Origin: Raillietiella orientalis
Lineage: Eukaryota
Assembly: GCA_036172245.1 (NCBI GenBank)
Contig: JAYWIR010000055.1
Location: forward strand, 124,001 to 188,000
Direction of reading: 5' to 3'
Length of the DNA stretch: 64,000 nt
The notes under the pieces were generated by a model. The model did not search any database, was not told the DNA's origin, and worked only from the letters and a program-made list of their open reading frames with translations. A program made the translations under genes and the position numbers. This document shows positions 38,721 to 50,815 of the stretch, one piece after another; within the stretch, counting starts at the first letter, position 1, and every line of letters begins with the position of its first letter.

Positions 38721-39466
38721 TAGACTCCTGGAGCCATCATTACGTGCTTCCATCTGTTCCCAGCGGGAGCCCAGCAGAACCTGGAGCGGACCTGACATAC
38801 CAGGGGAGCACAGGCGAGCATCACGTTCCACTCACCAGTGCGGGGGCGAGCTCCACACCTGCAACGGGCGACCCCGAGAGCTGTGAGTGTATGGTCCGTG
38901 CGACGACGAACACGCATGGACGAAGGTGCTGAGCACTGCGCACGCCTCACCCTCGCCCGCACGGTGCTGATCTCCTGCTGGTGGCACTGCTCGAAAGAGG
39001 CGCAAAAGACCAAGCGCTTGGAGAGAAGGTCCTTCCGAGGATGGTCGGGAGCAGCCGACAGACCACTGGTCCAGACCTCACGGGCGGTTGGATGTCCCAG
39101 ACTGCTGGTGGGAGCACCACGTGGCGCGACTGGCTTCTTCGCGTAGCTTCTAGAAGACGGAAAGTTCCAGACGTCGGCGCGCGGCTGCGCACCGGTCAGG
39201 AAAGGGAAGGAGGCGTGCTAGCCACAGCAAGCAGCGTGGCTGGTGGCGCCACAGGGCGGTTGTGGTACCGTTGACAAAACGCAGGAGCGTCGGGGAAGAA
39301 TGCTCGCTCCACCGACTTCCTCCTACGAAGAAGAGAGCGTGCCAGAACCCGGAACGAGGAGAAGAGGGGGGTGAAGAGTGGGAAGGAACGCGTTCCTCGG
39401 AGAGGACTCGGCCTGACTTGCGAAGACGAGGAGAACTGACATAGAGGCCGTCGCTCTCCAGGCGCA

Positions 39467-39509
39467 CTCCGCGGGGGCGCTAGCGGGATCCGCTAGCGCC
39501 CCCGCGGAG
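39467..39509. repeat. Perfect 20-bp GC-rich inverted repeat with 3-nt spacer
   Basis: CTCCGCGGGGGCGCTAGCGG-GAT-CCGCTAGCGCCCCCGCGGAG. Confidence 0.95.
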
Positions 39510-42500
39510 CACCACACAGTGGGTCTCCTACGTGCACGTGAGAGTCAAAGGGGGGGAGGCACGAGCTGGCGGGTAGGCCACATCTTTCGGAACGGGGGGA
39601 TGTTACCGAACAAACTCAAACGGGATGACCTACCGCAACCCCGGCGTCCCCCTCCGCGCACCTTCCCGGCTTCCGGAGACGGTACAGAGAAGAACAGACG
39701 CACCAGCGGGAGATGTTGGTCTCCTCCTTTCGTTCTCTTCTCAAAATGGGGTCCGAATCTCCGAAAAGTCCTCAGCGCGAGGAGAACTGTTCGGTTGCCA
39801 TTGGAGGTCAGCCTGGGTTGCTCGCAGTACCGCAGCACGGATACCAGGAGAAAAGCGAGCTGCCGTTCCTACAAGGCGGCCGACGGGACGCTCCAGGGGA
39901 ACGAGGCGCTCCTGCAAGAAACCCTAAGATCAACCCCCTGCCTTCGGGCAGGACCCAGCCCCGTGCGGACGGGGATGAGTGATCGCCTGCAGAGAGATAA
40001 GGGGGCGAGTCCCCTCCCGTTCGCCTTTGCACTCTAGCCCGTCCCGGGGTCCTGAGGCGGCGGCCCCGGGCTTTCGGCGTTACGAAGCGACGACTCGACC
40101 GCGCGGTGTCCGGACGCCTCTGTGGACCAATAAAAAGGAGAACGGCAAAACAAAAGGAAAGGAAGAAAGAAACAGAACGATGGGGGTGGCCTCGTCGAGA
40201 CCACCACCACCGAGGGAGGAGCTTCGAATGGACCTCCGGGCGTGCCCAAGATCTCGCGTCTTCACGAGGCGAGCCCTCCCAGTGAGGAACTCGCGGCGCC
40301 ACCTCGGAACGGCCGGTGGGGTGCGCCAAATTTTTCCCGAGGAGGAAGGCGCTTCTCTTGCGCACTGGTTCTCCGAAGCCCCTCGTCGGTACACTGGTCT
40401 TACGTGACCCTCGAACTGTCTGCGGCGGTCGCCACTTGGAACAGGTCGTGAGGTGCGTGCGAGTAGTCTCCCTCGGCGTCCCACAGCTCGAAGGGGACCG
40501 AATTCCCTTGGCGGTGGTGCAGGGTCTCCAGACTGATCCAGTGCTCTCCGGCGGGGGAGTCGAACCTCCTGGGTCCAGCAGTCTTGCAAAAGTTCTCGTT
40601 CCCGTCCTCCCGCCATTGCACCAGGACCCGGAAGCGGTCCTCCGTCTTCCTGTCGCACTGCCGCCGCCGCCGCCCTTTCCCATCTCGCTCTTGGGACCCG
40701 CCGCAGGCTTCTGAAATCAGCAGTTGCTGCGAGCTGCTTGCTGCCTCGCGGATTCCCGTTCGAGATCCCTGGAGCGCCAGATGCAACTCCTCAGAGTGCC
40801 CGGCTCCTCCCCACATCTCGCGAAAGGGTTTCCGGACCACCTGTCGATAACCGATCGACTACTTCTGCATAAAATGAGCTTGGCAGCTATGGAAGAGCTC
40901 GGGGTCTTCTTGACCGCCATTACCTAAGGATAACTTGGCACCGCTGCTCGGGCGTAAGGAGGTCAAGGATTTCCCTCACGAGGGAGCGCGGAGGTGGAGA
41001 GATGCTAGTTCCACCTGTCGACGAAGCATCTTGACAGCAGCTCTGTAGCTCTTTTGGTCACACGCCGATGAACTTTTGGCTACATTGCTTGTCCTAGCAG
41101 GTGTTGAGTCTTCGTCACTTGACTCTTCCGCATCTGGATCTCACGACTTGTCATGCCATCTGTTGATACCACATCACTGCGTGATAGTCCCATCCTTCCA
41201 GATAACATTTTGCAGCTATGCTTAGTGGGTCAGGTTAGAACCATCCAAGCGTTGGCTCAGGTCTGTGATGTCACTGTACATCACCCTTCTTCTCGACGAC
41301 CATCTTCACATTCCATGGTTGCCAAAATGGTTCTGACTCTCGAACTATTTGCATCAAGGCCGTGCAGCATAGAAAAAACGGTTGGTGGTGAGATGCAGGG
41401 ATTGTCTCCCATAGAGTTTTCACTTTGGCAAACCATAGAGACACATCTTCGAATTTAAATCGGTATCGTCATACTGGTTCGGTCTTGACCTTCAGTTCAG
41501 CAAAGCAGTTGACGTAAAGCTTTGTCGCGCGCGCTGCGCCTCTTTCGTGATGAGGCTTCTAATTGGCTATTTGTTCGGATTGCAATTGATACATTGCAGT
41601 TGGTGGCTTAGCCACACTTTGGCTTCGGCGAGATGTTCTCTTGTGTCCATTAGCCATTTGTACCACTTTGGGTTCTGTTTTTTTTTTTTTCTTGGCTACT
41701 ATATCCGCCACCAGTTGGGTCTCCGGAGATAGCTGGGAGCACGGAAGGGGAGGAATTTGGGGGGTACGGAAGTGAAGAAGGCGGTCGAAGATGGTAGTCA
41801 GTCTGGAGTGGGAGCTGACGATTGCCTTTCCGGATCGCAAAGGCGCGGAAATCTCGAACCACCTTGGGAAATCTCCAAGCCGCAGGCACCACAGAGATGC
41901 GGTGGGTGAACCCATCCCGGCTTGCAAAAGCAGGCGTTGCAGCTCGAGTGAACGGAAACCGTGGTTACAGGAAACTGCACGAAGCGGAGCAACCTAGAAT
42001 TTAAATTGGGATTCAGTCGGAAAACACCAATCACTTGGAAAAAAGGAAAAAGAAAAGAGGCTAACGAACAGGCTGCTTTGCTTGTAAATGACCTGAAACC
42101 AGTCCAAACAAAAGGTCTTAAAAATCCAAACCGGTCTATAGGCTGAGGCCTTTCTCTCGCTTTTTTCCCATCGAAATGGACGATTAGCACTATGGATTTA
42201 ATGTAATCGCTAAAATCTGCGGTGTTAGGGAGCCTCCTTTCGATGCATTTATTGTCCTTCAGCAGTTCCTTCCGTCTTAAAGGATTGTCCCATTAATAAC
42301 CGATGTTTTGGGCAACTGCAATCATTAGCATGGGAGAAGTAATGCTACTCTTTTTTCGATCCACCAGCCATCGCTTATCTGGTTGTGATACTCTTGCATC
42401 ATCCGTGAACGGCGACGGAAAGGGGGAAACCTCGCTTGACTGATTCACTTTCTTCGTGTGCTTCCTGTTGCCATTATCATTTCTGATACACTGCTCCCTC

Positions 42501-43488
42501 GATTGAACTACATATCTTCATGTCTTTAGGATTCAACCACGGTGCCAAAGAGGAAAGCACATCTCCCAAAACCATTTTTTATCTTGAATACTTGCAGTCT
42601 GGGCTGCTCTTACAAATGACCAGCAGGCACGAAATCACCCCCTGCTCGGAAAGGTTTTGGCGACGAGCTGTTCACCTCGACGTTCGTGTTGGTTGCCAGC
42701 GTAAAGGTGCTCTCTCCTAATCATCGAATCCGCTCCATGATCGGACCTGTCGAGAATGACTCGGTGTGTTCACGCGTGTCAACTGGAAGTGCGCGTGCAC
42801 AGATGCAGAAAACCCCACTGCGGAAAATGATGCAAATTCCGACGATGACCACGGGCTGCTCGTGGAACCGCCGTCCAGTTCGGAAATGCAAGGGCATTCT
42901 TCGCCCCTCTAAACCTCTAGCGATCCTCCAAATTCCAAAGGCATGCCTTTCTTCTCCGCCAAGGCTGTTTTCAAAACACGAGCTCGAGCGTAGGTCATCT
43001 CTCGGAGCTTTGACGGTCTCACGCCAGGGAAACTACATTACATTTATTCCATACTATTTCATGGCTTAGCTGCACTATTCAAGTGACGCTCTTGATTGCA
43101 CTCGCCACACTGGGGTGAAATTTTGTGACCTGCTTCTCTCAAAGGACTGGGTCCATTACATTTCACGAGGGTTTATTATTATCATTTTTTTTTTTTTTTT
43201 TTCACGGGAAAAACAAAAGTGCATTCCAAGCAGAGGCGAGAAAACAGAAAAAAAAAAAAAAAATTTTTTTTCCTTGAGGAGGTAAAACTGCTTTCTCCAC
43301 TCGGCAAAGTACATATTCTTCGTCCTTTCTTTTTGTTCCAGCAGTGGACCTTGCGGTAATGCCTTCATAAAACGACCGAGATTGCCAGTTTATTGGGCTG
43401 CTCGCACATCCACGCAGCTGCTGGAGCATTGCTCCGCCCGTCGGCGTTGCCAACGCAGAATGGCAATCGTACGCGAAGTGCAGGTGGG

Positions 43489-43901
43489 ATGGATGAATGG
43501 GCGCAGTACCACGCAATATTGGACATAAAACGGTTTCTCGTGGAGCACAAACACCCTCGGGATCTGCTCGAAAGCATTCAGGAGATCAGCAGGCATGTAA
43601 GGATTTCTGAATCCACTTCGCAAAGATTATTTGAAGCGGCGGAAGACACTTACATTAACGAATGCCAGATGAAATTACTCGTTCGGAAGCAAAGAGATAC
43701 CATAAATAGGTACTTTTCGAGCCAAAACATTAAAATGTGTGTTTGTGTGATCCGTGTGTGCACGTGTGCTCCCCTCCGACCATGCGCTACTTGCACTGCA
43801 CCTCACGCTTAGATTTTTCCCAAACCTTGTACATTTTTACCTTCGTGATACAACCACTGCATGATAGATTTGGTGAAGTAGATTCCATGTTCCTATACAT
43901 G

Positions 43902-43954
<53 letters not shown>

Positions 43955-44387
43955 CCTTTCCAATGATTCTCTAGTTTAGTAGACGTAATGCTGATGGAAT
44001 GCGCGGATCAAATGAAAGATCTGCTGCATTTCTTGGCTGTACATGAAGTTCTCACAGACGATCAGATTTGCTTGAAACAGCAAATTATACAGAGTATCGT
44101 TGATATCCATGAGGAGCACGAAGCTTTACAGCGAAAAATGAAACAAGATCGAATTGGGTACGTGCAAATATGGTTGCATGGAGGATCCAGGTCCTCCAAA
44201 ATCAATGGCAAAAAATAACAGATTCCCCTGATTCCTTTCAACCAGGGATCAAGATGAAGATGCAGCTATTGCCGGAGAGTATAACGAATACAGAAAAAAT
44301 TGGAGGTCTGTCACGCACGGTGCATTATGTTCCTGGCTTAGAAGAAGCTGGAAATCCCTCTTAAATGTGAATCATTCGGAGGACTGA
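43489..44387 (+). CDS. Uncharacterised, probably helical ~181-aa protein, 3 exons (43489-43709, 43975-44157, 44246-44387)
   Basis: GT-AG introns with matching phase 2 give an open frame: MDEWAQYHAILDIKRFL...INS LVDVMLMECADQMKDLLHFL...DRIG DQDEDAAIAGEY...NHSED*. AATAAA at ~44410. No family recognised. The last acceptor has alternatives. Confidence 0.6.
43905..43952 (+). repeat. (TC)n microsatellite in intron 1 of the orphan gene
   Basis: ~24 TC units just upstream of the acceptor at 43973-43974. Confidence 0.9.
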
Positions 44388-44491
44388 CATGAAGCAAAGG
44401 TATATTGCCAATAAACGTTTCAAATTTCCTGTTACCGATGGTATTAGCTATTCTTCGCAGCACAACGAACCTCTGCAACAAATTTTGATAT

Positions 44492-45617
44492 TCACTGAAT
44501 ATCTTGGATAAATGGGGGTGCAGAATCCATTAGCTGCACTTTGGATAAATCAAATGGTTGTCCCTTGAATGGAGACCCCTCCTTATCCCAGGCTTCTTTC
44601 AGTAAATTCTGCATGTCCTGGAAGAAATAAATGCAAAATGGTTTTCAATGAAGTACCACTGACATTGGAACATGTAGTGACTGGTAAATTTTGTCTTTTT
44701 TGTTCCTCCTTCCACATCAGTTCTTGTATTTTCATTTGTTCCTCCTGAGATAACTCATCCATTGGACGTGTACACTCAATATCAGAAAGACTAATCTTTG
44801 GCTCATCTTCAAGAACAGCCTCCCACCAGCGTTCTTCTACTTTTTCTAAACTGATCTGTTATGAAAAATATTTCTCATTTTTATGCGCCTTTTTTTTTTT
44901 TTTTTTTTCATTTTATACATGTATGTGTTCTCCTGGAATCAGAATCCAAACCATATTCTTACTTTTCACCTCCCAAGACAAGCATCCTTGAATAAGGTCA
45001 TTCCATTCCTTGATGCCTGTACAGATGGATACTTGCAAAAACTTGGGATCTGCTTGCACCCTGACCTTTTATGAGATCGTAATCAACTTATTAATATCAT
45101 TAAGTAAACAAAATGCAAGGATTTGAAATTTTCTTAACATTTGATGCAATCAAATTCGATTTTACACATTTGATAGGTGCAAAATTTCTGCATGAATGTA
45201 AAAATCACCATTCATGTTGACCATCTGCGGTGTAAACTATTGAAAATATTGATTTTCTTACCAGAATGCATATTCCTCAACACACCAACGATTAGCAACA
45301 ATAACTGGTTCCTCACTTGTCAGAAAGTGATTAATTTGCATCAAACACCCTCCAACTACAGAACAGTACTGTACAACCATGACCCTCCCCCCATCCGGCA
45401 CTGACATGCCACACAACACTAAATCACAAACTATTCGAATCAAATAAACTGCTAAAACAGTACCCACTTGTTTCCCCTTTTTTATATAGGATGGAACTGG
45501 AATCCTTATGTCAACGTCTTTTATGCTTTGTGACCAGCTGTATCCAGGCTCAGCAGATCCATTATAGCTGTCTGGATCTTGCAATGCTTTGTGTGAACCG
45601 CTGCTGTTCTTCTCCAT
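44492..45617 (-). CDS. NUDCD3: NudC domain-containing protein 3 (NudCL)-like; exons 45617-45468, 45065-44919, 44855-44664, 44617-44492
   Basis: SYNGSAEPGYSWSQSIKDVDIRIPVP..KKGKQ (CS/p23 domain), EERWWEAVLEDEPKI and LLKEAWDKEGSPFKGQPFD. All introns are GT-AG, phase 0 (402, 63, 46 nt). The start is uncertain. Confidence 0.9.
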
Positions 45618-48600
45618 ACACAATTTACATTTGGTTCTGTTACGAGGACATTTCCAGAAGCCAAAGCAGGATAAGTTCGTTTTGCTTTCCTTCTAATTTT
45701 CGTCGATTTCCACAATGCAATAATGCCAAAGGCTTCCGCCTGCTTCCATTACTATTTTCACTTTATGCTTTCGTTACTCACATTCATTTCGTTATTCTGA
45801 CCAGCTGCAATCGTATGCAGTAATTTTTGTTTTCTGCTTTTTTTTTTTTTCCTTACAATTGTGCCTTTATTCCTCCAGTAATCAGCCGATTCCCACAATT
45901 TTACGACTGCACCATGGCAAGGAGGCTGCGACATGCTGAAGGCACACAAATTTGTCGCACAAACGGAGCAAAAGATCATGCACGTAGTTCACTGAAAGGG
46001 TTTACGAAATTGGAAATAAACTGGGAAGGGAATATCCCGGAACAGAAGGATCCTTTATTTTTTTTTGGAAACAAAATCGAACTCCATACCTTCCTCTAGA
46101 ATGCATCAATGCGGTTACGACAAACCCTGCAGCGAGATACAAATCCTTGCTGCCTTCAGACCTTCTCATCAGTATTTAAACTCAGAGAACTGCCCAAAAT
46201 TTATGAAATGAATATGTTTTACTTCTTCTTCTTGCTTATTAGAAACGCGGCTACTGCTCCATCCCGGAAAGCTGGATCAATCCTGTAGTTGGCACCCCTG
46301 AGCTTTGTTGACATCAGCAACCCGTTGGCAAGAAAAATAACTCCAAACCGGGATCACTCGGTTGAGTTCTGTGCCTTTTCCCAGAATGGATCACCTGCGT
46401 CCCCCATTTCACGAAAAGTCAACTCGTCGGATTCAGCTCATCAGCGCTGTTCCATACGGATTCCATCGGAATGCGTATTCCAGGAATCAACGACGTCCTT
46501 CGGTCGAGGTTTCGGCTTCCTTGAATTTCATGAAGTCAGTCCATTAAGCAACCCTGATTCAGCTTTGTGAGCTTCCTTTTTTTCTGCCCATGGTGCAATC
46601 TCCGTTTTTTTCTTTTTTTACTTGAAGTCAACATCGCGACTCAGAGATGTGTTCCAATCAATAACACAATCGCAAGAGCCAATACGTTCCTGTAATTAAG
46701 GATGCTTTTCCAGTTCAATCTAAGTGGAGCGGAAGATCTGTTTAGAGATTTACTTTGGGTTGCATCATCAGACCAACGCGTGGCGCTACGAAAATACGCT
46801 GAGAGATGCTTTCCCGGAAATTCAGCTTAGTCACAGGATTTGAAGTTCTTGGTTTTATGGAGGAAAACACTTTTTTCTTCCAGGGAGGCATGCACTGATG
46901 ATAAACATTAAAGTGAATGGATGGTTGAGCTACCGGATTACTGATTCACTCTATTTCAAGATCGATTAGGCACTTCGTATGCGAATAATTACAAGAGTGG
47001 AATCAAAACACTCAAGCTAAAATTGATTTGAACGCAGATTTCTTTAGCCTCCCCCCCCCCCCAGGTGGCATCCATTTAGAATTTTCAGTTATTCGGTTTA
47101 TCTTTTTCTTGAAAAGTTTTTTGGAACGTGTTTATTCTGCCGATACCTTCTTTTATTTCACCAAACCAAATGCCTTTGGATGATCGTTTCAGCGTTTCCT
47201 GACCTCTACTGACCAAAGCAGTTTTCCAGCCTTCCTTCGGCGAGCTCCTCCGCATCTTCCGGTGGACGGATTGGGATTCGATGCGAGTGTTCTCAGAGCA
47301 GGACTCCGAGTAGGTGGGGCCATCACAACAAAATCCTCGAAAATCTCGAATTTTCCAACACTCCAGCGGTTTGAGTTTTCAAGTCAGTTGCACACGACTG
47401 TCTGCATCCTTCCTTTCAACTACCACTAGACTGATGGCTCCCGTGATTTCAAATGGGGTTAAACTCGTGGACGCCTCACGGGTCGTCTGGATTCCTCTTG
47501 AACCAGGTTGTTGTATGCCTTTTCAAGACGACAGATGTCCATGCAGATGTGCTTCAAGAGACAGTATTGTCTGCATGCTACTGATATCTCGCATAAGCAA
47601 GCAGCTCACCTGGAAATCACGTACCATATCTTATTCTTAATTCGACCCATGCACAGCAGAAGGAATATTCTCGAGAAACATAGGGAAGGAAATGGCAAAA
47701 TAAATACTGCAAGAAAGCAAGCAGAATATTGGGAAAATAACTGGTGAAAAGTATTTCGTTTCAACACGTGTATTTCTATCTATACCGTACACTAGAAATT
47801 TGTTCTCATGTTAACCGACTCGTTGAAAATTGATCTTAGCACATTGCATTGAGGCTAATCAAGCTGAAGCAGACGCGACGGACCTTTTCTTCTCAACGAG
47901 CAGCGTGTCCGTTCAAGAAATGCTCGGTACCACGATTGCATGCACAACAAAGCCGAATTTCTCCGATTTTCTTAAATTGAAAGCCCTGGCAAGTGCTGGA
48001 GATGGGGGCGGAGGGAACGGATGGCGGCGGAGAGAGGGACGATGAGGTTCTCTCGTTAAACAGCAACCGCACGCTGGATTAAGCTGGATTTCTCGAACAC
48101 CCTGTCCGGACTGGACCTTAGCAGAACCTAAGACCCAAGAAGATACGAGCTGGTTCTGCCGTTGCGGCATTCCGAGTGGGGAATTCAGAAACGAACTGAT
48201 CCCGTTGGTGGAGTGGCTGGCGCGCACCACCATTGTGGTTTTCAACCCGAGGTTTCGGCTTTAGCTGGGTCGTGTGAGTTCCAGAGTCTGTTGGAAGCAG
48301 CAGCACTCTTTCCCTCTTAGAGCTTCACCGCTAATATTTCTGAACTCTTGTGTGTTAAATGCCTCTAGGCTGCATTTTTTCGTGGTCGCAGCAGATTGGC
48401 ACACGATTTATTTTCCAAAAGGACGAATTCTGGAGAACGAGAGGAGTTGACCCAGGTGATCATTGCACAGATTTCTACCCATCATTAATTTTTAGCACGT
48501 CCGCCGTAGTGGCTAATATTTGAAACTTATCATGTCCTGGAAATCCTGGAACAAGACAAAATTTTGAAAAGTTTACTAAACAAATGCAGGAATTCAAGGT

Positions 48601-50364
48601 AGCTTCTTGTACATGCCTTTCCGACTGCATCTATCAATTCAAATGCACACGGATGGACGTCTCTCCCCCAAGCTGGCGTAACTGACTCTCGTATAAAGTT
48701 AGCAAGTCATAGTTAAATAAGCTTGCATCTGCATTTTTTGTATTGAAACGAATTTTTCGTTCCAAGTGAATTGCCAAACGCTTGGACACAGGATTGCAAG
48801 CCATGGCGGACCCCTTCGGACGGTCGGGTTATTCGCAACGAATTTTCCTTGTTTACTGTCGACCGTGGGAAGCCATGATGTCTCCACAGTGAGGAGGCTG
48901 ATTCCAATTTCAAAAAAGAATCCAGATACCCCTTAAAAGATTCTTCCACCTCAGGCCTCAGGTTTTCCGAATCCGAACGAGGAAATGAAAGTCAATTCAT
49001 ATCAGGAATACCAGAGCACTTATCCATGAAATTCAGTTTCTACTAGGTTAGCCTCCTGGGTTAAGAAACTGTGCACCATTTAAACGAAATTCAGTTCACT
49101 AAGAAAGCAAGCATGAAGAAATGGCAAGCTCCTGAATGTGCACATGTGGATGAAGGGATGGAAATGGGTACCAGAGCAGCGAGGAGGTAACTCATTCCAC
49201 CAAAGATCAGGGAAATTAAATGCCAAGCACAGTGGGACGCTGGAAGAGGAACGGAAAGCGTATGGCAAACGGAGTCGACCGAAAGGGAAATTAGGATAAA
49301 CTGAATTTCGAAAGCTGCGATTCCAAAAAGGGAAATATCTGACTAGGATGGAGAGAAACCTTTGGATTGACTGTGAATGACTTGCTCAGAAATACTTAGC
49401 TCTCTAACACTGCATGTGGATCCCTTCGTGAGGAGACGCAGCCAATAGACAAATCCCGCAAGATTTACAATGGGAAAACTCTGAACGCGTCAGAAAGCAT
49501 TGCTTTTAATGGAGAGGTGGTTTTGGATATTAGCAGGGAATGGCATGTTGGCAGAAATATAAATTCAGACTGAGCTCAACTATCGGCAAACGACGCACGA
49601 CCAGGCTCAAGGAGAGATCAGTCTGCCCATGGAACGGAACAAAAATTACTACTTGAATTCCACTGCACACTAGTTTCATGTTCCAGGGGGATCTTCACTT
49701 CAAGAGTGCACTCTCCATTCTGAGCAATGGTCGTGAAATCGAAATGCTTTCCTCTTCCCTTCCCTCTCTTCTTTCAAGGCTTCCAGTTTGTATTAGGTGA
49801 ATGTGTGATGGCTTATCCATCCTGACTTGAGAGTCACCAAAATTCTACTTGGACCACAAGGAATCATCAACTTTGACAATTGCTAGAACGAAAATGTGGA
49901 ACTCACCTTGCTGCAAAAGAAAGACAGCAAATTTCGTCTCACCAACAGAAAGCCGTTGCTATTTCTTGCACTTCTAGAATGCAGATTACTGAAAGATTGC
50001 CTCTACATTTTTCTCTGTTATGCACTCGGTTGTTTGATTAAACGGAGGAATCACGTGTCAGATAAGGGGCCCCTCCGGGGAGGGGGAATCTCATTTTCTG
50101 TGTGCTCCTTGGAGGTGTGTGCCTTCAGGAGGTTGTATGGCACAAATCATTCGGTTGAGCCATGGACTGCAAAAGGATTTATACGAATATCGCCCTCAGT
50201 TGGAAGAGAAAATTCCGTGTAACATCGGAATCGCTGCGTTTGCACCCGGAAGACGAAAGTGTTTGCATGTAACCGGATGCAGGTAGTGGGCGGCATCTTC
50301 GCGCGTCGCCCATGCCATCGAGTTCAGGCGGGCCGAATGCCGAAATCTGGAAAGATCATAAAAT

Positions 50365-50815
50365 ATGCGTGTCTATTGTACATACATTTATATATAGATT
50401 AATAGTACATGTACAAGTATATACTATTGGCAATGTTAAAATTGTATTAATACAACATGCATTGATTAGGTAATGAAAATTATATGCTAAACTTGTATAT
50501 TAATCTGTATCTCAATATATATATACAATAATCATCTATATCTATTTTTCATCATCTTTATGGCATTTTAATCTATACATAAATCCATCTATTAATTTAT
50601 ACTGTGAACACGTCATTAATTGTATTAATATGCCTATTAATAAATCCTAATATGTATGTTAAACTAAACTTGTGTATTAATCCCTACATAAATATATATT
50701 GATAAAAATGTATATTATTCCAACCTTTATGATCTCCTTCAATTTATACATTAACTTGCATCTAAATACATATATTTACACATGTAATAAGGATGTGTGT
50801 TTACTTTTTATAAGC
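50365..50815. repeat. Second AT-rich island sharing the TGTATATTAATC motif
   Basis: CTAAACTTGT(A/G)TATTAATC at ~50487 and ~50664. TGTATATTAATCTGTAT at 50494-50510. Confidence 0.7.

Noticed and set aside
40900..42700. Decayed LTR-retrotransposon gag-like peptides on the minus strand (PKPFRAGGDF, EDVSLWFAKV)
   Set aside because: Only short motif resemblances amid many stops, with no LTRs, PBS or pol motifs seen.
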